Below, piece by piece: positions 1 through 7,267 of a stretch of 37,378 bases of DNA. How positions within the stretch are numbered: position 1 is the first letter of the stretch; each line of letters begins with the position of its first letter. The notes under the pieces are model-generated. The model was not told where the DNA came from, ran no database searches, and saw only the letters and a program-made list of their open reading frames with translations. The translations under genes and the position numbers were made by a program. Origin of the DNA: Actinomycetota bacterium (lineage in GTDB: Bacteria > Actinomycetota > UBA4738 > HRBIN12); NCBI GenBank assembly GCA_050695275.1, contig JBOGVC010000094.1, forward strand, positions 1-37,378, read 5' to 3'.

Positions 1-593
1 TTGCCCTGGCTGGCGAGCTCCACGATGAGGTTCTCCCGTCCTTGTTCAAGGTGCATCTGATGGGTCAGGTGCTGAGGCAAGACCTCGCAGCAGGGAAACT
101 TCTTGAGCTCGATGATGATTTGCCGGAGCTCCTCCTCGCAACAGACGCAGCGCAGCGGGCGATTCGGGATTTGCTCGGGGACATGCGCAGATCGCCCCTC
201 GGGGCTGCCGGATTGAAGCCGACCCTTCGCTTACTGGTTGACCAGCTCACGTCTGCTGGCGCGCCGCCCGTGGTCCTGGACGTTGAAGAATTCTCATCTT
301 CGCCGCTCGCTCAACTGCTCGCCTACCAGGTTGTTCGAGAGGCTCTACATAACGCTGCGAAGCATTCCAGGGCGTCGAATGTGGAGTTGAGACTCTGGAA
401 GGACGAGCGCATGCTCCGCGTGAGCGTGAGGGATGATGGGACGGGGTTCGCATGGGCGGCTGTCGACAGCAGCAGGCACTTCGGGTTGCAAATCATGAAG
501 GAACGGATTGAGGCAGCAGGCGGATCTATGTTCGTCGACTCTCGTCTGGGAGAAGGGACTCTCGTGGCCGCGAGCGTCCCGATGGATGCCTGA
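1..593 (+). CDS. Sensor histidine kinase, C-terminal part (HisKA_3 + HATPase_c); 5' end lies outside the window
   Basis: The frame of ORF 42..593 stays open back to nt 3 and reads LAGELHDEVLPSL (HisKA_3 H-box) before the first Met. Downstream motifs: N-box REALHNAAKHS, DDGTGF, and GLQIMKERIEAAGG...GEGT. Confidence 0.85.
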   Translation, partial: ALAGELHDEVLPSLFKVHLMGQVLRQDLAAGKLLELDDDLPELLLATDAAQRAIRDLLGDMRRSPLGAAGLKPTLRLLVDQLTSAGAPPVVLDVEEFSSSPLAQLLAYQVVREALHNAAKHSRASNVELRLWKDERMLRVSVRDDGTGFAWAAVDSSRHFGLQIMKERIEAAGGSMFVDSRLGEGTLVAASVPMDA

Positions 594-619
594 AATGCAA
601 AAGGAGCCTCATGGGCCCC
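591..619 (-). terminator. Intrinsic-terminator-like hairpin plus U-tract downstream of the 27-codon ORF. A weaker mirror exists on the plus strand after the kinase stop.
   Basis: The minus-strand RNA reads GGGGCC-CAUGA-GGCUCC (6 bp, one G.U) followed by UUUUGCAUUU. A U-run is rare in this GC-rich DNA. On the plus strand the same stem has an A.C mismatch and a poor tail. Confidence 0.45.
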
Positions 620-648
620 TCTTGCCAATCTTTGTGGGTGTGTCTTGC

Positions 649-732
649 CTAGCCTCGCCAGTGAGCGCCGCCAGCCATGGCGACAGCCAGCAGTGAGCCG
701 AGCGCGATTGCGATCCGTCGCACGACCTTCAT
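649..732 (-). CDS. Candidate 27-aa hydrophobic, signal-peptide-like mini-protein MKVVRRIAIALGSLLAVAMAGGAHWRG
   Basis: Hand-translated; too short for the ORF track. ATG at 732-730 is preceded by AGAGGGGGA-TCGGC (SD, 5-nt spacer). TAG at 651-649 is followed by the hairpin and U-tract at 591-619. There is no homology evidence. Confidence 0.35.
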   Translation of the reverse strand: MKVVRRIAIALGSLLAVAMAGGAHWRG

Positions 733-865
733 GCCGATCCCCCTCTCATCTGACGGGCCCAGCGGACCAGTCCCGCCCTCTGACCTATACCCAACCCCCC
801 ATTTGGGGGACTCGGATGGTGAATATCGTCGTAGGACGGGGGATACACAAGGACGCCAATACAGC

Positions 866-906
866 TACGACGCTTGCTGTAGGGCCCACATACGACACTT
901 GCTGTA
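866..906. repeat. Direct repeat, 2 x 16 bp (TACGACGCTTGCTGTA / TACGACACTTGCTGTA; 15/16 identical, 25 bp start to start); candidate operator
   Basis: Read directly at 866-881 and 891-906. An inverted copy of the TACGACG half-site (CGTCGTA) lies at 827-833. The repeats sit 17 bp upstream of the first possible start of the second kinase gene. Confidence 0.6.
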
Positions 907-922
907 AGAGGGTGCCGAGGGC

Positions 923-2521
923 TTGCGCTCTGCTTCCCGGGCGCCAAGATTGTGCCCCATGCAGGTAACCGCTGCCCCTGTTAGCCAGCGAAAGGTGGTC
1001 GCATTTGAGCTCGCGATCATCGTGCCCACCTTCGTTCTCGGTGCCCTTCTCGTGGTCAAGGATCCAGATGCCTTTGACCATTGGGCTCTCCTCATGTGGG
1101 CGGGCCTCATCGGTGTGGTCGAGTTGCTACCGGTCCCAGCGTGGCGCGGACTGACGATCAGCGTCGGCTTCCCTCTCCTCATGGTGGTTGCCTTCCTGTA
1201 TGCGCCAGTCGCGGCGGCCGCGGTTGCTCTCGTTGGCGCGTCAGATCCACGAGAGTTCAAGCGAGAGGTGACATTGCTGCGTGCCCTCTTCAATCGGTGC
1301 CAAGTGGCCTTGTCCGTCTTCGCTGCGAGTGCGGTATTTCACCAGCTGACTTCTTTCGCGATCGGCGAAGACCCGGGGTCGGAGCTTGTCCTTGTGACCG
1401 CCGCCGCCGTTGCGGCATTAGTGGACTACGTAGTGAACAGCGGCCTGGTTACAGTGTTCGTCAGTCTCCGAACTGGCGTGCCGATGCGACAGGTCATGAA
1501 GGAGCTGAGAATCGGTCGGCTCGGTGAGTTCTTGATGAGCTATCTGGGGCTGGGACTCGTCGGGTTGAGCTTGGCTCACTTGTTCAAAGAGGGCTCCGGC
1601 TACGCCCTTCCTGCCATCTTGGCTCCGTTGCTCTTCGCGCGGCAGATGTTCTTCCGGTCGCAGGCACTCGAAGAAGCCCACAAGGAGCTGCAGGAGCGCG
1701 AGCAAGTCCTTCGTGCTCTCTCGAACGCGATGGCAGAGGAGCGCGCCGACGAGCGCCTCCAGATCGCCGGCTACCTCCATGACGATCTCGCGCAGGTCCT
1801 GTTCCGCCTATCGATCCAGGTGGACGTGGCGCGCAAGCTGCTCGAGAAGGGTCAAACCGACGACGTCGGTGTTCAGCTCGACAAGATCCGCCAATCGAAA
1901 CAGGAGACTTCGGATCGGATCCGCGCGCTGATCCGAGACCTGCATCGATCCCCACTCGGGGCGAAGGGTCTCGCGGAAGCGCTCGAGTCGTTCACCGATG
2001 AAGTGGGGCGCGATTCCTCGATCCGTTTCCACCGCGATGTCGCGGACATCCAGCTGCCGGCTCCGATCGCCTTGCTCGTGTTCCACATCGCTCGAGAAGG
2101 CGTGATGAATGCGATGAAGCATGCGCAGCCGAGGGACGTGTGGATCGGTGTGCGTGAGGAGGATGCCGACATCGTCCTCAGCCTCCGGGACAACGGGGTG
2201 GGCTTCGACACGGAGGCGCCGGGTCCGGAAGGTCACTTCGGGATGGCGATGATGCGCGAGCGCGCGCAGGTCGGTGGCGGACGCTTCGACGTGGAGAGCA
2301 CTCCGGGTGAGGGGACGACGATCACCGTCCGATTCCCCAAGTCACTCCTCCAGGACGAGTCTCCCCCGGATCCGCAGGATGGGAGGAGCAGTGGCCCGAA
2401 GGCGACCTCCGCCGGATCTACAGACGGGAGAACCGTGGACGGGGACGGAGGTGCTTCCCCCGGTATCCCTGGAACCAGCGAGCCGGCGGCCTCCGATTCT
2501 CACCCGAGCGTCCGAGCATGA
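923..2521 (+). CDS. Membrane-bound sensor histidine kinase (polytopic N-terminal domain + HisKA_3 + HATPase_c)
   Basis: About 6 hydrophobic segments in the first ~250 aa. H-box AGYLHDDLAQVLF, N-box REGVMNAMKHA, RDNGVGFD, GHFGMAMMRERAQVGGGRF...GEGTTITVRFP. The start is uncertain (TTG 923, or ATG 959 in frame). A ~55-aa low-complexity tail follows the ATPase domain. Confidence 0.9.
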   Translation: MRSASRAPRLCPMQVTAAPVSQRKVVAFELAIIVPTFVLGALLVVKDPDAFDHWALLMWAGLIGVVELLPVPAWRGLTISVGFPLLMVVAFLYAPVAAAAVALVGASDPREFKREVTLLRALFNRCQVALSVFAASAVFHQLTSFAIGEDPGSELVLVTAAAVAALVDYVVNSGLVTVFVSLRTGVPMRQVMKELRIGRLGEFLMSYLGLGLVGLSLAHLFKEGSGYALPAILAPLLFARQMFFRSQALEEAHKELQEREQVLRALSNAMAEERADERLQIAGYLHDDLAQVLFRLSIQVDVARKLLEKGQTDDVGVQLDKIRQSKQETSDRIRALIRDLHRSPLGAKGLAEALESFTDEVGRDSSIRFHRDVADIQLPAPIALLVFHIAREGVMNAMKHAQPRDVWIGVREEDADIVLSLRDNGVGFDTEAPGPEGHFGMAMMRERAQVGGGRFDVESTPGEGTTITVRFPKSLLQDESPPDPQDGRSSGPKATSAGSTDGRTVDGDGGASPGIPGTSEPAASDSHPSVRA

Positions 2522-3026
2522 TGGCGACGACGAGGATCGCGACTCCGGCGTAGAGGATCACGTCGCCGATCGAGATCACCGCGCCGACGGGCGGTGGGAT
2601 CCCGATCACGTCGCCGAGCGGCGTTAGCGTGTCGCCGGGTCCCATGAGGTGGTGCTTGAGGGTGCCCTCGCCGGCGAATCCCTCGGCGCTCGCGCCGGAG
2701 ACCTCCAGCGCCGCAGCGCTCACCGGCATCCCGTTGTTGACCCCGATGACCAAGAAGTTGAGGGCGAGGCCGACCATCACGAGCCAGACGGCCGGCAACC
2801 TCCGATTGACCCAGGCGAAGGACCCCAGCAACACGTAGGAGCCCAAGAGCGCCACGGTGCCGAGGGGTCGGCTGACACCGCTCGTGAGTGGGATCCCCTG
2901 GAGTGCCAGACCGGCGAGCGCGACGCCCCACCAATGCACCCGGAAGCGCTCGAAGTGTCGGAGGCTGCCGCCGGCGGCGAACCCCACGCAAACGGCCAAG
3001 CCGATCACGATCAGAACCAGGATCAC
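2418..3026 (-). CDS. Polytopic membrane protein, DUF5317-like
   Basis: GTG start with GGAGA 9-10 nt upstream. It has 5-6 hydrophobic helices. The C-terminal stretch LKHHLMGPGDTLTPLGDVIGIPPPVGAVISIGDVILYAGV matches my recollection of the DUF5317 signature; the family name is from memory only. Confidence 0.7.
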   Translation of the reverse strand: MILVLIVIGLAVCVGFAAGGSLRHFERFRVHWWGVALAGLALQGIPLTSGVSRPLGTVALLGSYVLLGSFAWVNRRLPAVWLVMVGLALNFLVIGVNNGMPVSAAALEVSGASAEGFAGEGTLKHHLMGPGDTLTPLGDVIGIPPPVGAVISIGDVILYAGVAILVVAIMLGRSGENRRPPARWFQGYRGKHLRPRPRFSRL

Positions 3027-3106
3027 GTGGGGAAGTCTCCGACTCGGACGGGTGCTCGGCCAATCGTTCCACGAGCCTCGGGGGGTGTCCAGCCGGTGGA
3101 CCGCGC

Positions 3107-3112
3107 TACCCT
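3107..3112 (+). promoter_or_regulatory. -10-like hexamer TACCCT placed 6 nt before ATG 3119 (leaderless-type promoter candidate)
   Basis: TANNNT pattern with 6 nt (TGCTCG) to the start codon. No SD is present. Confidence 0.35.
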
Positions 3113-3118
3113 TGCTCG

Positions 3119-3970
3119 ATGGATCGGGACGAGGGGTACTTCGGGCCGCGCAGCGTTTCCTGGCAGGTCCACCGCGAGGCCACGGTCCTGTTCGGCGGTG
3201 CGAGAGCGATGCTGATGCAGGCGGCCCACCCGTCGGTGATCGCCGGCGCGAACCAGACCGGGATGTACGAGCGGAACCCCTGGAAGCGACTCCAGCGGAC
3301 GCTGGTGCTCCAGTACGCCCTCACGTTCGGGACCAAGGAAGAGGCGCACGCGGCGGCGGATCGCATCAACGATGTGCATGAGCGGATCAACGGTGTCGAT
3401 CCGGTGACGGGACGCCGCTACGACGCGACCGACCCGGCTCTCCTGCTCTGGGTGCACGCGTGCCTGGTCGAGAGCGCTCTCCTGTTCGAACGCCTCACCG
3501 TCGGCAGGCTCGATGACCGCGGGAGGCAACGGTTCCATGATGAGCAGATGCTCGCAGCCGAGCTGGTCCGCCTCCCTCGGGACCTCATCCCGCCGACGGT
3601 CCCTGAGCTTGAGGAGTACGTCGCGGGAACGGTTCGCTCCGGGGAGCTCGTCGTGACGGACGCGGCTCGGAGCGTCGCCGGTCTCTTCCTCGATCCGCCG
3701 CCCGATGCCCAGTGGAGACCCGTCCTTCGCATGGTGGCTCGGCTCGCTTTCGGAACGCTGCCCGCGGAGGTCCGGGCCGGCTATCAGCTCCCGCGCAGGC
3801 CGGGGGAGCGAGCGATCCGGAGCGCCACCTTCGCGGTGATGCGGGCCGGTCGGCCGCTGCTCCCGGCGAGGTTCCGCTACATCGCGCCGTACCAGTCGTG
3901 GCGGCGATGGCGCCGGCTCGACGGTCCGGGCGAGCCCGAACTGGCTCGTTCGCCCGGGATCCGTTCGTGA
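3119..3970 (+). CDS. MpaB/DUF2236-family oxygenase-like protein
   Basis: From ATG 3119 (track ORF 2888..3970 trimmed): GPRSVSWQVHREATVLFGGARAMLMQAAHPSVIAG...PWKRLQRT...FGTKEEA...INDVHERINGV is the typical DUF2236 N-terminal core. The discarded upstream part of the ORF is Arg-rich and overlaps the divergent gene. Confidence 0.85.
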   Translation: MDRDEGYFGPRSVSWQVHREATVLFGGARAMLMQAAHPSVIAGANQTGMYERNPWKRLQRTLVLQYALTFGTKEEAHAAADRINDVHERINGVDPVTGRRYDATDPALLLWVHACLVESALLFERLTVGRLDDRGRQRFHDEQMLAAELVRLPRDLIPPTVPELEEYVAGTVRSGELVVTDAARSVAGLFLDPPPDAQWRPVLRMVARLAFGTLPAEVRAGYQLPRRPGERAIRSATFAVMRAGRPLLPARFRYIAPYQSWRRWRRLDGPGEPELARSPGIRS

Positions 3971-3986
3971 TGGCACACTCCTGTCC

Positions 3987-4763
3987 GTGACGTTCGACGG
4001 CCTGTTGCTCGATATCGACGGCGTCCTCGCGGTCTCGTGGGAGGCGCTCCCGGGGGCGGTCGATGCGCTGACACGGCTCCGCGACGAAGAGGTTCCGTTC
4101 CGGCTGATCACGAACACCACCACGAAGACTCGCGCGGACCTGGCGACGACGCTGCGCGGAGCGGGCTTCGACGTCGCGGACGAAGAGATCGTGACCGCGG
4201 TGGTCGCCACGGCGGAGCACCTGCGGATGAAGCATCCCGGCGCCCCCGTCTTCGTGCTGTCCGACGGGGACGCGACGGCGGACCTCGTGGGGATCGACCT
4301 GGTGGACGTCGACGATGCCGACGTGATCGTGATCGGCGGCGCGTGCGACGACTTCACCTACGACACGATGAATCGGATCTTCCGACGGCTGATGGACGGC
4401 GCGGCCCTGGTGGGGATGCACCGGAACCTGTTCTGGAAGACCGCGGAGGGGTGGGAGCTCGACGGCGGGGCCTACCTCGCCGGCCTGGAGGAGGCCGCGG
4501 ACACGCGCGCGGCGATCTGTGGGAAGCCGGAGAAGACGTACTTCGACGCCGGGCTGGCGATGCTCGGGGTGGAAGCCGACCGAGCGGGGATGGTCGGCGA
4601 CGACATCGTGAACGACATCCTCGGCGCGCAAGCGGCCGGTCTCACCGGTGTCCTGGTCCGCACGGGGAAGTACCGGGCCGGCGACGAGGCACGTGACGAC
4701 GGACGGCCGGATCACGTCCTGGACTCGTTCGCGGACGTGCCGGCCTTCCTCGGATCCCTGTAG
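3987..4763 (+). CDS. HAD-superfamily hydrolase, subfamily IIA (LHPP-like phosphatase)
   Basis: Motif I LLLDIDGVL, motif II LITNTTTKTR, GKPEK, and motif IV MVGDDIVNDILGAQAAGLTGVLVRTGKY. GTG start 16 nt after the upstream stop. Confidence 0.88.
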   Translation: MTFDGLLLDIDGVLAVSWEALPGAVDALTRLRDEEVPFRLITNTTTKTRADLATTLRGAGFDVADEEIVTAVVATAEHLRMKHPGAPVFVLSDGDATADLVGIDLVDVDDADVIVIGGACDDFTYDTMNRIFRRLMDGAALVGMHRNLFWKTAEGWELDGGAYLAGLEEAADTRAAICGKPEKTYFDAGLAMLGVEADRAGMVGDDIVNDILGAQAAGLTGVLVRTGKYRAGDEARDDGRPDHVLDSFADVPAFLGSL

Positions 4764-4773
4764 GCGGCGTCCA

Positions 4774-5490
4774 GTGGTCGTCGAACGCACCCGGTTCGCG
4801 AGGCGGCTCTTCGCGGGCATCGCTCCGCAGTACGAGCGGATGGGGGCGCTCCTGTCGTTCGGGCAAGACGCCCGGTGGCGGCGATTCCTGGTGTCGAGGT
4901 CGAACGCGGTGCCCGGCGGGCGGGTCCTGGATGTGGCTGCGGGGACGCAGCTCGTGTCCCGCGCGTTCGCAGCAGGCAGGAACGTCCACGTCGTGGCGCT
5001 GGACCAGAGCGAGCCGATGCTCCGCGCGGGGGGCGAGCCCAACCGGCTGGCCGGTCTCGACGACCGGATCCGCCCCGTGCTCGGACAGGCCGAGCAGCTC
5101 CCGTTCGGGGACGGATCGTTCGACACCGTGTCCTTCACCTATCTGCTGCGCTACGTGGAGGACCCCGCGGCGACCGTGTACGAGCTGGCGCGGGTGCTGC
5201 GGACGGGCGGCTCGATCGCGATGCTCGAGTTCTCCGTCCCGGAGGCTCCGCTCGCTCGACTGGGCTGGTGGGTCCAGACCCGTGTCGTGATGCGGCTCCT
5301 CGGCACCGCGGTCTCGCCCGCGTGGGCGCGCACCACGGCGTTCCTCGGCCCGAACATCTCTCGATTCGTTGCTGATCATCCGATCGAGGGATGGGTGCGT
5401 TGGTTCCAAGCCGCCGGGATCCGCCACGTTCGGAGCAGATCGTTCCTGTTCGGATCCGCCGTGGTGCTCTGGGGCGTGAAGTCGTCGTGA
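4774..5490 (+). CDS. Class I SAM-dependent methyltransferase, UbiE/MenG-like
   Basis: FAGIAPQYERMGALLSFGQDARWRR (UbiE/COQ5-type N-terminal signature), SAM motif VLDVAAGT, and VLRTGGSIAMLEF. The start was moved to the in-frame GTG 4774, just after the upstream stop at 4763. Confidence 0.85.
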   Translation: MVVERTRFARRLFAGIAPQYERMGALLSFGQDARWRRFLVSRSNAVPGGRVLDVAAGTQLVSRAFAAGRNVHVVALDQSEPMLRAGGEPNRLAGLDDRIRPVLGQAEQLPFGDGSFDTVSFTYLLRYVEDPAATVYELARVLRTGGSIAMLEFSVPEAPLARLGWWVQTRVVMRLLGTAVSPAWARTTAFLGPNISRFVADHPIEGWVRWFQAAGIRHVRSRSFLFGSAVVLWGVKSS

Positions 5491-6215
5491 GCGAGAGCCG
5501 GCCGGCGTTCTACGCACTCTCGCCGGGCGGTTGGCGCGACTGGTGGACCCTCCTGCACCCGCCCTACACGCTCTGGCACCTTTCCTACGTGGCGCTCGGG
5601 GCCTCGACCGCGGCGGAGCTGAACCTCTACCGCCTCGGGCTGAGCCTCATCGGGTTCTTCCTCGGTGTGGGCCTGGCGGCGCACGCGCTCGACGAGCTCC
5701 GGGGGAGGCCTCTCGGGACCTCGATACCGGACGGCCTCCTCGTGGGGGTCGCCGCCGTCTCGCTCGCTGGAGCGGCTGCGGTGGGCACGATCGGGGTCGT
5801 CCAGGTCTCCGGGTGGCTCGCGTTGTTCATCGTCGTGGGGGTCTTCCTGGTGGTCGCCTACAACCTCGAGCTCCTCGGTGGTGCGTTCCATTCGGATCTG
5901 TGGTTCGCCCTCGCCTGGGGAGGCTTCCCCGCACTGACGGGGGCGTTCGCGCAGGACGGGGGGCTCGGCCTCTCGGCGGTGGCGGTGGCGATCGCCTGCG
6001 TGGCGATCAGCGCAGCGCAGCGGGTGCTCTCCACGCCGGTGCGGCGGCTCCGGCGCAGGGTCGCCTCGGTCGAGGGGACGATCACCCTCCGCGACGGAAC
6101 CACGGAGAGGATCGGACCGGAGGCGATCCGGAGGGCGCCCGAGGCGGCCCTGCAGCTGCTCTCGATCGCGATGCCCGTGCTGGCCATCGCGTTCGTGATC
6201 GCGAAGCGGTCCTGA
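5487..6215 (+). CDS. Uncharacterised polytopic membrane protein (~7 TM), translationally coupled to the methyltransferase
   Basis: GTG 5487 overlaps the methyltransferase stop as GTGA. The hydrophobic helix pattern runs throughout and GC3 is high. The segment AAHALDELRGRPLG is faintly reminiscent of UbiA-type Asp/RxxRP motifs; I do not claim family membership. Confidence 0.65.
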   Translation: MSESRPAFYALSPGGWRDWWTLLHPPYTLWHLSYVALGASTAAELNLYRLGLSLIGFFLGVGLAAHALDELRGRPLGTSIPDGLLVGVAAVSLAGAAAVGTIGVVQVSGWLALFIVVGVFLVVAYNLELLGGAFHSDLWFALAWGGFPALTGAFAQDGGLGLSAVAVAIACVAISAAQRVLSTPVRRLRRRVASVEGTITLRDGTTERIGPEAIRRAPEAALQLLSIAMPVLAIAFVIAKRS

Positions 6216-6240
6216 CCGCCGGTTCCGTACTATCCGGGCC

Positions 6241-6648
6241 GTGACGGCCCTCCATCGTGTGATCGGATTCGCGGTCGTCGCCGTCTTCGCGCTCGGGTGG
6301 ATCTGGGGGCTCGGAGCGAGGATCGGCCGCCGGGATCCGTCCGAGGGGTACTGGACGTGGCTCGCCGTCGCCCAGGTGGTGGCGGGCGTCCAGGCGATCG
6401 TCGGCACGATCCTGCTGCTGCTCGGCCACCGGCTCGAAGCCGAAGGGGCGCTGGGCGGGGCGCTCCACTACGTCTACGGCTACCTCCCGTTGCTCCTGTT
6501 CGTGTTCGCCCACGTCGTCGCCCGTGCGGGCGATGCGCGCGCGGTCGGGATCGATCGGCCCCTCCGGCCATGGGTGCCGTTCGCGTGGGCGTCGTTCATC
6601 AGCTTCGGGCTCACGCTCCGTGCGCTGATGACGGGCCTCGGCTTGTAG
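6241..6648 (+). CDS. Uncharacterised small 4-TM membrane protein with several intramembrane His
   Basis: Four hydrophobic segments, with His in LLLGHR, LHYVYG and FAHVVA. Same strand, 25 nt after the previous gene. No recognisable family. Confidence 0.55.
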   Translation: MTALHRVIGFAVVAVFALGWIWGLGARIGRRDPSEGYWTWLAVAQVVAGVQAIVGTILLLLGHRLEAEGALGGALHYVYGYLPLLLFVFAHVVARAGDARAVGIDRPLRPWVPFAWASFISFGLTLRALMTGLGL

Positions 6649-6682
6649 CGGCGGAGCGCTCGGGCTGCGAGATGATTGCCCC

Positions 6683-7267
6683 GTGCGTGGATGGGCGCGG
6701 GTCCTCCTCTGGGTGGTGATCCTCCTGGCCTGCGCCGGCGTCGGGGCGTTCATCGGGTCGCGATCGAACCCGTTCCCACCCGGGGTCCCGGACCCGGGCG
6801 CGCGACCGAGCGACAGCCCGAGCCCTTCACCCCCGGAGCTCGCGGAGTGGTCGATCACGATGGTGAGTCGGACGACCCACACGTTCCACGTGGGGGGGTC
6901 GTGCACGAGCGCGTGGCGCCTCGAGGGCACGCTCCGGATCTCCGCGTCCGAACGGATCGAGGGCCGCGGCGTCGCGCGGCTCCAACCGGGTGCCGGATGC
7001 GACTTCCCATCGGCCCAGGTGCAGACCCAGCGGATCCTGGTCCGGATCCTCGGCCTCCGCGGCGGGGACGAGCTCGACCTCCGGTTCCGAGAGATGAGCC
7101 GGACGCCGGCCGGATCCCAGGATCTGGGCGCGTTCGTGAAGACGTTGGAGACGCTCAGGGTCGCGATCGACGAGCGGGCCGGCAGCGAGGTCAGCAAGTC
7201 GACGCGGATCGAGGATCCTGAGGACGAGATCTACGCGGCGGTCACCACGATCCGCCTCCGCGGCTAG
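6683..7267 (+). CDS. Uncharacterised exported or membrane-anchored protein
   Basis: N-terminal hydrophobic anchor WARVLLWVVILLACAGVGAFIG, a Pro/Ser-rich linker (PPGVPDPGARPSDSPSPSPP), then a ~140-aa domain with two Cys. No recognisable family. Confidence 0.6.
   Translation: MRGWARVLLWVVILLACAGVGAFIGSRSNPFPPGVPDPGARPSDSPSPSPPELAEWSITMVSRTTHTFHVGGSCTSAWRLEGTLRISASERIEGRGVARLQPGAGCDFPSAQVQTQRILVRILGLRGGDELDLRFREMSRTPAGSQDLGAFVKTLETLRVAIDERAGSEVSKSTRIEDPEDEIYAAVTTIRLRG

Noticed and set aside
796-809. CCCCC-ATTT-GGGGG hairpin in the kinase-kinase spacer, considered as a terminator.
   Set aside because: It has only a 5-bp stem and no U-tract on either strand. It lies upstream of the mini-gene SD rather than after a gene end. 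It may be part of a leader structure but cannot be interpreted alone.
3023-5138. Very long ORFs antisense to or overlapping real genes. Examples: 3023..4357(-), 3585..5138(-), 5376..6407(-), 17204..18943(-), 31708..33954(-), 34456..36039(+), and the first ~1070 nt of 36043..37308(+).
   Set aside because: Their products are dominated by Arg/Pro/Gly/Ala/Asp runs with no motifs. They lie opposite genes with clear family signatures and high GC3. This is the expected stop-codon-poor shadow of GC-rich coding DNA.
6683-6760. Possible lipobox (LLAC) in the N-terminus of the 194-aa exported protein.
   Set aside because: The Cys sits in the middle of a 21-residue hydrophobic stretch (ARVLLWVVILLACAGVGAFIG). 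It looks more like a TM anchor than a signal peptide followed by a +1 Cys. I left it as exported/anchored.
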